DNA of 44,165 bases from a virus. The notes beneath the pieces are model-generated. The model made no database searches. It was not told where the DNA came from and saw only the letters and a program-made list of their open reading frames with translations. How positions within the stretch are numbered: the stretch's first letter is position 1; each line of letters begins with the position of its first letter. Location: UHGV virus genome UHGV-1352852. One strand, written 5' to 3'. Below are positions 25,882-33,164 of this stretch, one piece after another. The translations under genes were made by a program, and so were the position numbers.

Positions 25882-26094
25882 TTAGTCCTCCTCGGGAAAC
25901 GGCATCCATGCAACCACTTTTTCGGAACCGGATTCAACGAATGCTGACGTTCTTTGCCAGTATTCACCTTGACAGGCTAGACGGAACACATCCCCGGTAT
26001 CACTTAGTGCAATAACATCTTTTGACCACCTACCCGGCTCGCAGCACGGCATCCGCTCACTACACTTAACCCACTTGCTCACACCAAACCCCAC
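25882..26094 (-). CDS. DUF551-like small phage protein (paralogue)
   Basis: WVKCSERMP ... VVAWMPFPE; same pattern as 25531..25731. Confidence 0.5.
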   Translation of the reverse strand: MGFGVSKWVKCSERMPCCEPGRWSKDVIALSDTGDVFRLACQGEYWQRTSAFVESGSEKVVAWMPFPEED

Positions 26095-26142
26095 AGCGCG
26101 TGCACCACATAAACGGAGCTGATGATTAAAATGAACGGGTAA

Positions 26143-26385
26143 TTATTCACGGCAACCTCCCTCAGAGTCGTCGGCGCGAGCATCATGATTCGATGCCGTT
26201 GTGAATGAAGCTTTCAGTCCACCATCGAACACCCCGAATTCGTCGTCCCCGAACTGGTCAACTACCCATTCGCTTCCTGTTTCATCTATTACATAATCGT
26301 AATCAGGTGTTGAATAGCCGACATATGAACTTCCCGGCTTGAACTCAGCTAATTTACTTTTCACACAAATTAATTCTTCCATCAC
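26143..26385 (-). CDS. hypothetical acidic protein
   Basis: 80-aa track ORF. Confidence 0.4.
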   Translation of the reverse strand: MMEELICVKSKLAEFKPGSSYVGYSTPDYDYVIDETGSEWVVDQFGDDEFGVFDGGLKASFTTASNHDARADDSEGGCRE

Positions 26386-26579
26386 TTCGCCCCTTTGAAT
26401 TTAAAATTGTTGCCGATGAGTTCTAAATCGGATGGCTTGCGATACGCTATCCATGAACCTGTAACAGTTTTAACAGGCAAGAATCCTTTAAATTCAGATT
26501 CAATATTAATAGGCTCGCTGACAACCTGAACTAAAAGCCCTGTACCTATATCCCTAGCCAACTGACCCTTCTTAAACAT
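26382..26579 (-). CDS. hypothetical protein, first gene of the leftward early block
   Basis: 65-aa track ORF with AGGAG RBS and a family promoter directly upstream. Confidence 0.4.
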   Translation of the reverse strand: MFKKGQLARDIGTGLLVQVVSEPINIESEFKGFLPVKTVTGSWIAYRKPSDLELIGNNFKFKGAK

Positions 26580-26612
26580 AACCCCACTCCTCTGTCTCGT
26601 TTCGATAAGTGA

Positions 26613-26641
26613 ATAGTATCCTATTATGTTGGGGTGCGCAA
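26613..26641 (-). promoter_or_regulatory. sigma70-like promoter TTGCGC-N17-TACTAT (minus strand) with palindrome
   Basis: Minus-strand reading GCGCACCCCAACATAATAGGATACTATTCAC is near-identical to the plus-strand copies at 4377, 13181 and 16229. Confidence 0.5.
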
Positions 26642-27001
26642 GAGAATAGTTACGTTGCCGTTGTGATTCTTCGGGGAAGGTTGTGCCTTTATTCTTATTA
26701 CTTGGTAACTAAAGGGCAGGCCTTAAGGCCTGCCCAATAATCGTTACATTTTTACGGTTGCGAATCTACGGCATAGGAAGAAACAGTAGATATTTCAGCT
26801 GGTTACTTCTTTAAATGAGATTTAGATACACTTATCCTTAAACCCCAAGGCAAGCATCTCAGCTGTCTGGGAGGGGTTGACGAATCCCTCGGGGAGGGTT
26901 CGTCAACTCCGTAATACATACAAGTCCCAAAACCATTATACAAACATGAGTCAAGAACTTTCAATAACTTTTTTGTAAAGATTAAATATTGCAGGGATTG
27001 G

Positions 27002-27030
27002 TTGCTTTTACATTCCCGCTATCCTATACT
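27002..27030 (+). promoter_or_regulatory. sigma70 promoter TTGCTT-N17-TATACT for the rightward replication block
   Basis: Read directly; ~30 nt upstream of the 27063 start with AGGAGA RBS between. Confidence 0.4.
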
Positions 27031-27062
27031 CGGTTTCACTAAACAAACAGGAGATATAAAAA

Positions 27063-27245
27063 ATGCAGCATTACATGACACAGAATGAAGTCGCCGAACG
27101 TATCGGGGTAACACGTCAGACAATTAATAACTGGTTGCGCAGTGGTAAATTCCCGGATTGTTGTATTAAGGTTATGGGTCGCCGTTTACCCGGTACATTT
27201 GATCGAAATAAAGTTGAAGCGTGGATTAAGGAGAACGTGAAATGA
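27063..27245 (+). CDS. AlpA/excisionase-type HTH DNA-binding protein
   Basis: MTQNEVAERIGVTRQTINNWLRSGKFP is a typical AlpA/Xis-like HTH. Confidence 0.55.
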   Translation: MQHYMTQNEVAERIGVTRQTINNWLRSGKFPDCCIKVMGRRLPGTFDRNKVEAWIKENVK

Positions 27246-27532
27246 AAGGTGTAATTTTCCACAATAAAGCAGAAAACGAAGTGTATATGGTCCACACCGT
27301 GGCGGGAGAGTTCGCCTTATGTTTCAATATCTCTTGTCACCTTGATACCTACCGGCCTTTCTGCGTAGAAACAGAAATGAAGCTAATTAGCTTACGCCAA
27401 CTAAGCACCATGTCGGCATCGCTTAACGTAGGAGATAATATCGAGTATATCGACTTCTATTTCGGCGACGATTTGGTCGAGGAATATTTTGAAGAGTATA
27501 AAAATTTGCTGGAAGAGTTGGCTAAACGGTGA
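27242..27532 (+). CDS. hypothetical protein
   Basis: 96-aa track ORF with start/stop overlap to the previous gene. Confidence 0.4.
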   Translation: MKGVIFHNKAENEVYMVHTVAGEFALCFNISCHLDTYRPFCVETEMKLISLRQLSTMSASLNVGDNIEYIDFYFGDDLVEEYFEEYKNLLEELAKR

Positions 27533-27726
27533 AAAGAAACCCCAACGCCAGAACGTCGGGGTTAAAGTACAAATCATCAAAGTAAGCACAAGGATTATAC
27601 AATGACAAAGTTGATAGTTCCACAGCTACGCCGCCAGAAACACGGCGCTGATTTCTTCGCACCGGTAAAGATGAACCGCGCAATGCGCCGTATGCAGGAA
27701 GCCTTAGAACGTGCGGAGAAAAAGAA

Positions 27727-29946
27727 ATGAATATTGTTTTTGCAACGCTGCGTAACACATTCGATAAAAACCCTGTAGCGCGTGAAATGCCGCTGGAGCA
27801 GTTCGTAGAGTATGTCTGTGATACATCAAAGCGTTTGTCCGTGGACCCGTCATGGACTAAAGAAGAGTACGACGCTGCCAAGATTAAACAGAAAGCTATT
27901 GCGCCTGTTGGTGGCCGCCGTAAAAACGCTATTCTGGAAGACAGTGTGGTTAAGTTCGACTTCGACCATCTAAACCGTACTCAGTACCGCGACCTTACCC
28001 GCAAATTCAAGATCGCACCGTTCTTCAATATTCTGCACACAACGGCATCGCATCAACATGCGTGTAAAAACGGTGATTACGCCTTCCGCGTTCTCGTACC
28101 GGCTCGCACGCCGTTTAACTCTAACGACGCGTGGATGGTTCAACGGGCTATTTGTGCAGAGTTAGAAATAGACGAAGCATTGCGCGACCACTGCACGGAA
28201 GATGGCAACCGCCTCATCTACCTGCCACATAGAGAGTCGAAGATAACGGTTACAGAAGGGCGTGTTATCCGTGCCGAGCGGTACATCAAGAAAGCCGAAG
28301 AGATGGGGTTGCGTAAACGCGAAGCTAAGACACTTGCCGCCGATGAGCATGGGCTTAACGCAGATATAGCGCATTTCTGCGAAGCCGAGCTTGGCCTTGA
28401 CGTCTTATCTTCTGGTCGCGGGTACGAAGTGCCATGCCCTAACGAACATCTGCATACAGGCAAGGGCTCCACCAGCATCATGCTCGACGGTAAAGAAGTT
28501 CGCTTTGTCTGCCAGCATACAAACAACGGCGCTTGCACCGAGCTTAACCGTAGGCAGCATTTGGCCCTGCGTATGTGTGGCCTACCCGACGAGCTTAACG
28601 TAGATAAGCAACCTATCAGCATTAACAGCATTCGTGCGGCTCTACCTGATTTACCGGAAGAAGAGATTGAAGAACTACACCGCACAGAGAACGAGGATCC
28701 AGTAACTTGCAGCCTCGACGACCTGGAAGACGAGGGCTCAGAAGAGGACGAGCTACCGGAACCGGTAAAGGCTGATTTCGTCGTTGAGGGGTACATGCCG
28801 TCAGATTGCATATGGGATATTGTCGGTGAATCTGGTACGTACAAATCATTCTATACGCTGGGGATGATGTACCTGAGCGCCGCCGGATACCGGTTTGCAG
28901 GGGCGGATACCCAGCGTTGCCACCATTTCTATATCGATGGCGAAGGCGGTGCAGCTACACGTACACGTATTGATGCGCTAGCGGCTAAATATGGCGAGGA
29001 AGGTAAAGATTATGTACATGTTATCGATATGGGCGAAGTCGGAAAACTGAAAAGCCTGATTAAGTTAATGCGTGAAACTGCTGGCGATGAGCCAATTGGG
29101 GTGGTCGCGTTTGATACCCTTAACCAGACGCTAGCCCTGACGATTGATAAGTTCGACGAGAACAGTTCGTCCACGGCAATCGGTATGGGTAAAGTTATCG
29201 CCATCCTGAAAGAAGTACGTGATGCGACTAAAGCCGCGGTGGGCGTTGTCCACCATACGCCGAAGGGTGGAAAGAAAGCCCGTGGCAGCGGGGCACTGTA
29301 TGCAGGTGTCGACGTCGAGCTGACAATCGAACGCGCTACCGACCGCCAGATAAACGTATACCACTCGAAATTTAAGCACGGGCCTCAACAGAAAACCGTC
29401 GGCATGGTGCTTGAGTCTGTACAGTTCCGTGAAGCCCCGCCGCCGAAAGAATACCGTGCTGTTGAGTTCCTGGGTAGCACAGAAGAATACGGCACAATCG
29501 TAAACCTGGACCTTCCTGAGCCGCATAAGGCACTTGTGCTGATGCCGTGGGGCTTCGAGCCGTTCAAAACCGACGAGGAGAAAGAGCGCGAAGAAGGGCT
29601 GGCAAAGGAAGGTAAAGAAAACGTAAAGAATGCCGTAAAACGTGGGAAGGATGAAGTAAGGAAGGAGTCAATACTTTCGGCACTGGAAGACCTGCAACAG
29701 TCAGATGACACAGGTCGCGGTTTTACTCAGCAGCAGATAGTTGCCCGTTCCGGTGACTTTTCTGTGACTAACACCCATCTTGATAAAATGCTGAAAGATG
29801 GTGAACTAATGCTAGGCTGTGATGCTAATGGCGAAGTAGTACCGAGAACGTATCGTATACCTGAAAGAATAGGGGATAGACTAAGACCGAAGACAATATA
29901 CGAACCGAATGAAATGCTGGTAGTGACAGAAGAGGATTTGGAATAG
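27727..29946 (+). CDS. DNA primase/helicase (primase-like N-terminal domain + RecA-like AAA_25-type ATPase)
   Basis: Central Cys/His cluster (CPNEHLHTGKG...CQHTNNGAC), Walker A-like GESGTYKS, Walker B VVAFDTL, downstream HHTPKGG; 739 aa. Confidence 0.65.
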   Translation: MNIVFATLRNTFDKNPVAREMPLEQFVEYVCDTSKRLSVDPSWTKEEYDAAKIKQKAIAPVGGRRKNAILEDSVVKFDFDHLNRTQYRDLTRKFKIAPFFNILHTTASHQHACKNGDYAFRVLVPARTPFNSNDAWMVQRAICAELEIDEALRDHCTEDGNRLIYLPHRESKITVTEGRVIRAERYIKKAEEMGLRKREAKTLAADEHGLNADIAHFCEAELGLDVLSSGRGYEVPCPNEHLHTGKGSTSIMLDGKEVRFVCQHTNNGACTELNRRQHLALRMCGLPDELNVDKQPISINSIRAALPDLPEEEIEELHRTENEDPVTCSLDDLEDEGSEEDELPEPVKADFVVEGYMPSDCIWDIVGESGTYKSFYTLGMMYLSAAGYRFAGADTQRCHHFYIDGEGGAATRTRIDALAAKYGEEGKDYVHVIDMGEVGKLKSLIKLMRETAGDEPIGVVAFDTLNQTLALTIDKFDENSSSTAIGMGKVIAILKEVRDATKAAVGVVHHTPKGGKKARGSGALYAGVDVELTIERATDRQINVYHSKFKHGPQQKTVGMVLESVQFREAPPPKEYRAVEFLGSTEEYGTIVNLDLPEPHKALVLMPWGFEPFKTDEEKEREEGLAKEGKENVKNAVKRGKDEVRKESILSALEDLQQSDDTGRGFTQQQIVARSGDFSVTNTHLDKMLKDGELMLGCDANGEVVPRTYRIPERIGDRLRPKTIYEPNEMLVVTEEDLE

Positions 29947-29947
29947 G

Positions 29948-29976
29948 TAAAAAAGAAAGGGGCTTTAAGCCCCTTC
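29948..29976 (-). terminator. rho-independent terminator for the XRE regulator gene
   Basis: Minus-strand hairpin AAGGGGCTTAAAGCCCCTT followed by a T-rich run; the gene stop codon lies in the hairpin. Confidence 0.45.
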
Positions 29977-30180
29977 ACCGAACGCCAGCCACTTGGCGTC
30001 TACTTCCAGCACTTCCGCCAGTTTAAACAGCGTTGCCGGGCGGACGTCCTGAGTTACCCCAAGTGCCAGCTGGTTAATCGCGCCCTGTGAAACGCCAGCC
30101 AGGACAGCCAGACGGCGCTGGGAGATGCCGAGTTCTTTGCGGCGTTGTTCTACACGGATGCCTAGTTCAGAGGGTTGCAT
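29965..30180 (-). CDS. XRE-family (Cro/CI-type) HTH transcriptional regulator
   Basis: RRKELGISQRRLAVLAGVSQGAINQLALG is a classic XRE HTH; transcribed opposite to the surrounding replication genes; GGAG RBS. Confidence 0.7.
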   Translation of the reverse strand: MQPSELGIRVEQRRKELGISQRRLAVLAGVSQGAINQLALGVTQDVRPATLFKLAEVLEVDAKWLAFGEGA

Positions 30181-30210
30181 ATCAATTACTCCTTAGTTAG
30201 TTGATATGCG

Positions 30211-30273
30211 AATAGTACCATATTAATTATTTTAGAAAAACCCATTGACATGTGAATAGTTCGCTATTATAGT
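30211..30273. promoter_or_regulatory. operator/promoter region: two AATAG-N4-CTATT palindromes and TTGACA-N17-TATAGT promoter
   Basis: Palindromes at ~30211-30224 and ~30255-30268; plus-strand TTGACA (~30245) and TATAGT (~30268) bracket the second; lies between the divergent XRE gene and the 30305 gene. Confidence 0.5.
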
Positions 30274-30304
30274 TAGCCCATACCAAACGAGAGGAGAGAA
30301 ACAA

Positions 30305-30805
30305 ATGTTAGAACAATTTCTGAAATTACTGGAACGTTTCGTAGTTGCGCATGAACTGATTGCTGCGAACAGTGTGAAACAGGTTGTTCAGGTTGCCGCG
30401 CCGCTGGAAGTAGAGACGGTAGTGTATGCCAAAGAAGCGGTAGCCGAGTGCACCGAAGAAGCAACAAAAGAAATCCCGGTCGAAGGTGAAAACATCGTCG
30501 ACACTAAACCGGCGGAAGACGAGAAGCCTAAACGCAAGCCGCGTAAAGCTAAAGCAGAGGAGCCTACGCCAGAGCCGGAAGAAGAGAAAGAAGAAGTCGA
30601 TTACCAGTCTCTTCGGGACCAGATTCAGGCTATCGACGATGCGATTAACGAAGGTCCAAGCGATGCCGCGTGCGACGATTCTGACGAACTGCTGGAAGAG
30701 TTCACCGGTAAGAAGATGAAGATTGCCGCGATTAAAGATGAAGACCTGGCAGAGTACCTGGAACGCCTGACGGCGATCAAGAACAAGTATTTCGAAGAAG
30801 AATAA
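30305..30805 (+). CDS. acidic protein of unknown function
   Basis: 166 aa, Glu/Asp/Pro/Lys-rich low-complexity centre; GAGAGGAGAGA RBS; hairpin terminator downstream at ~30810-30832. Confidence 0.45.
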   Translation: MLEQFLKLLERFVVAHELIAANSVKQVVQVAAPLEVETVVYAKEAVAECTEEATKEIPVEGENIVDTKPAEDEKPKRKPRKAKAEEPTPEPEEEKEEVDYQSLRDQIQAIDDAINEGPSDAACDDSDELLEEFTGKKMKIAAIKDEDLAEYLERLTAIKNKYFEEE

Positions 30806-30848
30806 TTATCTGGCGGCCTTCAGGCCGCTTTAACTGAGGGTCGGAATT

Positions 30849-31121
30849 ATGATTTACCAACTCTACCGCGCCGTTGACAGGCGGGATAACACAGATGCGC
30901 TATGGCTGTTGCGTGCGCCGTCCGGTGCGCACCAGATGGAAGAGATGGCGTACTTAGGCAAAGTGCCACGGCCTAAAGACATAGGCCGCCACGTGTCACA
31001 TATTAAGCGCACGACTTTCGCCAAACCTGACTTTTATGTCTTCGAGTCGATGTATGGGTGGGCTATGCACTGCGACCATAAGACACGACATTTAATTGAC
31101 CAGTGGGAGAGCAGGGTATGA
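30849..31121 (+). CDS. hypothetical protein
   Basis: 90-aa track ORF; its stop overlaps the next start (ATGA). Confidence 0.4.
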   Translation: MIYQLYRAVDRRDNTDALWLLRAPSGAHQMEEMAYLGKVPRPKDIGRHVSHIKRTTFAKPDFYVFESMYGWAMHCDHKTRHLIDQWESRV

Positions 31122-32392
31122 TTTTAAAGGAACGCGGCGGCAATAACGATGTGCACGCCTTACTGTCGCCGTCTGGTGCTAAAAAGTGGCTGGCGTGCAG
31201 TGCATCACTGGCCTGTGAAAAAGATATTCCTAACACGTCAGGTAAAGCCGCCGTATTAGGAACGGCTATGCACACCATAGCTGAGATGCACTTAAACCAG
31301 TACATCAAAGGCACTGCGTTGCCGTTAGAGCGCGAAGTAGGTGCTTACGTGCTGGATGAGGGTAAAGGCCAGATTAAGGCGCTAATCAGTCCTATGAAAG
31401 GCGCGGTACTGATTACGGCGGACATGATTGAGCAGGTGCGCAAGTACACCGACTACTGCAAAGCGATTATCGACGTAGCGACTTATGCCAAGCTCGAGAT
31501 GCGCGTAAATCTTACTCAGGTGCTACATCCTGGCTACAAAGTACCCGCTGATGGTGAAGAAGGCGAGGAGGATGATTTAGAGACGTTCGGAACCGCTGAC
31601 CTTGTTGCCGTGCTAGAAAAAGCAAATACAGACGAATTTATACTTAATATCACAGACCTGAAAACAGGACGGCATCGCGTCGAAGCGAAAGAAAACAAAC
31701 AGCTTATGCTTTACGCTCTTGGTGTTTATCGCCGACTCAAGAGACGTTATAACATCACCGTGGTTCGTCTGGTCATCTTCCAGCCATACGCGGGCGGTGC
31801 GTCGGAGTGGGACATCTCGGTTGAAGGTCTGGAACTGTTCGCTAAGTTCGCACAGAAACGCGCGCTGTTAGCGCTTGATGCTTATTTCCGCGGTAAGAAG
31901 AACCTGAAAGCGTCGGACTTCAGGCCGTCGGTCGATGGTTGTCAGTGGTGTAGGTTCTCGGAACAATGCGCCGCGCGTACAAAGACGGTTAATTCCGTAC
32001 TGGCGGAAGAACTGGAGGACGACTTTGCGCTGGAACTCACTCCTGAGCAACTCGTAGCTGAGTATGAGAAGTTGCCGATGCTGCGCCAGCACATCGACAA
32101 GGTTGAGAAAGCTATGGCTGCCGCGTTGCATTCCGGTAAGAAAGTTCCAGGGTACAAACTGGTTGAGGGTCGCCCGGGTAATCGTGCGTGGAAAGATACC
32201 GATGCAGTATTCGAGAAGTACGGTACTATGCTGCAAAAGGTAGTTCTCATGACGCCCACCGAAGCGGTTAAAGTTATACCGGAAGAAGAACTGAAAGACT
32301 TTATTACCCGTAAGCCAGGCGCACCATGTGTCGCAACGGCAGACGACAAACGTCCTGAGTGGGATCAGGTTAGTGAAGAAGATTTAGAATAA
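31118..32392 (+). CDS. PD-(D/E)XK RecB/Cas4-family exonuclease
   Basis: Nuclease motifs ADLV, ITDLK (D/E-x-K), QLMLY (QxxxY) plus C-terminal Cys cluster CQWCRFSEQC and an N-terminal Cys. Confidence 0.7.
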   Translation: MILKERGGNNDVHALLSPSGAKKWLACSASLACEKDIPNTSGKAAVLGTAMHTIAEMHLNQYIKGTALPLEREVGAYVLDEGKGQIKALISPMKGAVLITADMIEQVRKYTDYCKAIIDVATYAKLEMRVNLTQVLHPGYKVPADGEEGEEDDLETFGTADLVAVLEKANTDEFILNITDLKTGRHRVEAKENKQLMLYALGVYRRLKRRYNITVVRLVIFQPYAGGASEWDISVEGLELFAKFAQKRALLALDAYFRGKKNLKASDFRPSVDGCQWCRFSEQCAARTKTVNSVLAEELEDDFALELTPEQLVAEYEKLPMLRQHIDKVEKAMAAALHSGKKVPGYKLVEGRPGNRAWKDTDAVFEKYGTMLQKVVLMTPTEAVKVIPEEELKDFITRKPGAPCVATADDKRPEWDQVSEEDLE

Positions 32393-32396
32393 AGTG

Positions 32397-32425
32397 TTGA
32401 CACCTGAATAGTAAGCTATTATAGT
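32397..32425 (+). promoter_or_regulatory. sigma70 promoter TTGACA-N17-TATAGT with AATAG-N4-CTATT palindrome in the spacer
   Basis: Same arrangement as at 30245; upstream of the 32479 gene. Confidence 0.5.
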
Positions 32426-32478
32426 TCTAATCACTGGCCGGGCGGTTCCCGGAGTAAACTTAAAAGCGAGAAATCAAG

Positions 32479-33105
32479 ATGGGACTGAAATTAAATCTGC
32501 GTAAAGTAAACACTGCTTGGGTTAACGTATTCGAACGCGAAAAAGACCGTGAAAACGATGATGGCTCAATCACTAAAGGTCAGTATAGCGCAACTATCAT
32601 CCTGCCGTCTGACCACGCGCAAATCGATGCGCTCTACGACACAGTCTACGCTGTAGTTGAAGAAGCATTAGGTGCAGCCGCCGCCGAGAAGTGGATGAAG
32701 TCCAACTACGGCGAAGGTAAGCACATGGATAAATGCGCGATTAAAGACATCGCCGAGCGCGACAATCCGTTTGAAGACTTCCCGGAAGGCTTCTACTTCA
32801 AAGCGAAGGCACAGAAACAGCCACTGATTGTAACCTCTAAAAAAGGTGAGACTCAGGTAGAACAGGACTTCAATGTAGACGGTGAACAGATTGAAGGCGA
32901 ACAGGTTTACAGCGGCTGCGTTGCTAACGTAAGCGTCGAAATCTGGTTCAGTCAGAAATACAAAGTCCTCGGTGTTAACCTGCTGGCGATTAAATACGTT
33001 GGTGAAGGTAAAGCGTTTGGCGGTTCTAAAGTCGCTGCAAGCGTCAATGACCTGGAAGACGACGAAGAAGATGAAGCACCGCGCCGCGAGCGTCGTCGCC
33101 GCTAA
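32479..33105 (+). CDS. putative ssDNA-binding / recombination-associated protein (partner of the exonuclease)
   Basis: 208-aa protein directly after the RecB/Cas4-like nuclease, acidic tract near the C-terminus; assignment by context and weak recollection only. Confidence 0.35.
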   Translation: MGLKLNLRKVNTAWVNVFEREKDRENDDGSITKGQYSATIILPSDHAQIDALYDTVYAVVEEALGAAAAEKWMKSNYGEGKHMDKCAIKDIAERDNPFEDFPEGFYFKAKAQKQPLIVTSKKGETQVEQDFNVDGEQIEGEQVYSGCVANVSVEIWFSQKYKVLGVNLLAIKYVGEGKAFGGSKVAASVNDLEDDEEDEAPRRERRRR

Positions 33106-33123
33106 TATCTGAATCAATTTAAC

Positions 33124-33150
33124 TAAGGCCCTTCATTGGGCCTTTTTACT
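33124..33150 (+). terminator. rho-independent terminator
   Basis: Hairpin AGGCCCTTCATTGGGCCT followed by TTTTT. Confidence 0.5.
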
Positions 33151-33164
33151 AAGGGTCGAAAATA

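Noticed and set aside
28218-28844. 208-aa minus-strand ORF inside the primase/helicase gene
   Set aside because: Antisense to a motif-rich coding region; Ser-rich low-complexity translation; no translational signals.
27063-30180. Lysogeny module (AlpA-like and XRE-like regulators suggesting a temperate lifestyle)
   Set aside because: No integrase, recombinase, attachment-site repeats or partition genes anywhere in the window; the regulators are more simply early/middle transcription factors of a virulent phage.
31868-32349. Minus-strand ORFs (122 and 135 aa) within the RecB/Cas4-like nuclease gene
   Set aside because: Antisense to a gene with clear nuclease motifs; no independent coding signals.
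4393-32420. Repeated ~14-bp palindromes considered as a CRISPR-like or tandem repeat array
   Set aside because: Copies are kilobases apart, each in a separate intergenic region next to -35/-10 hexamers; they are dispersed promoter/operator elements, not an array.
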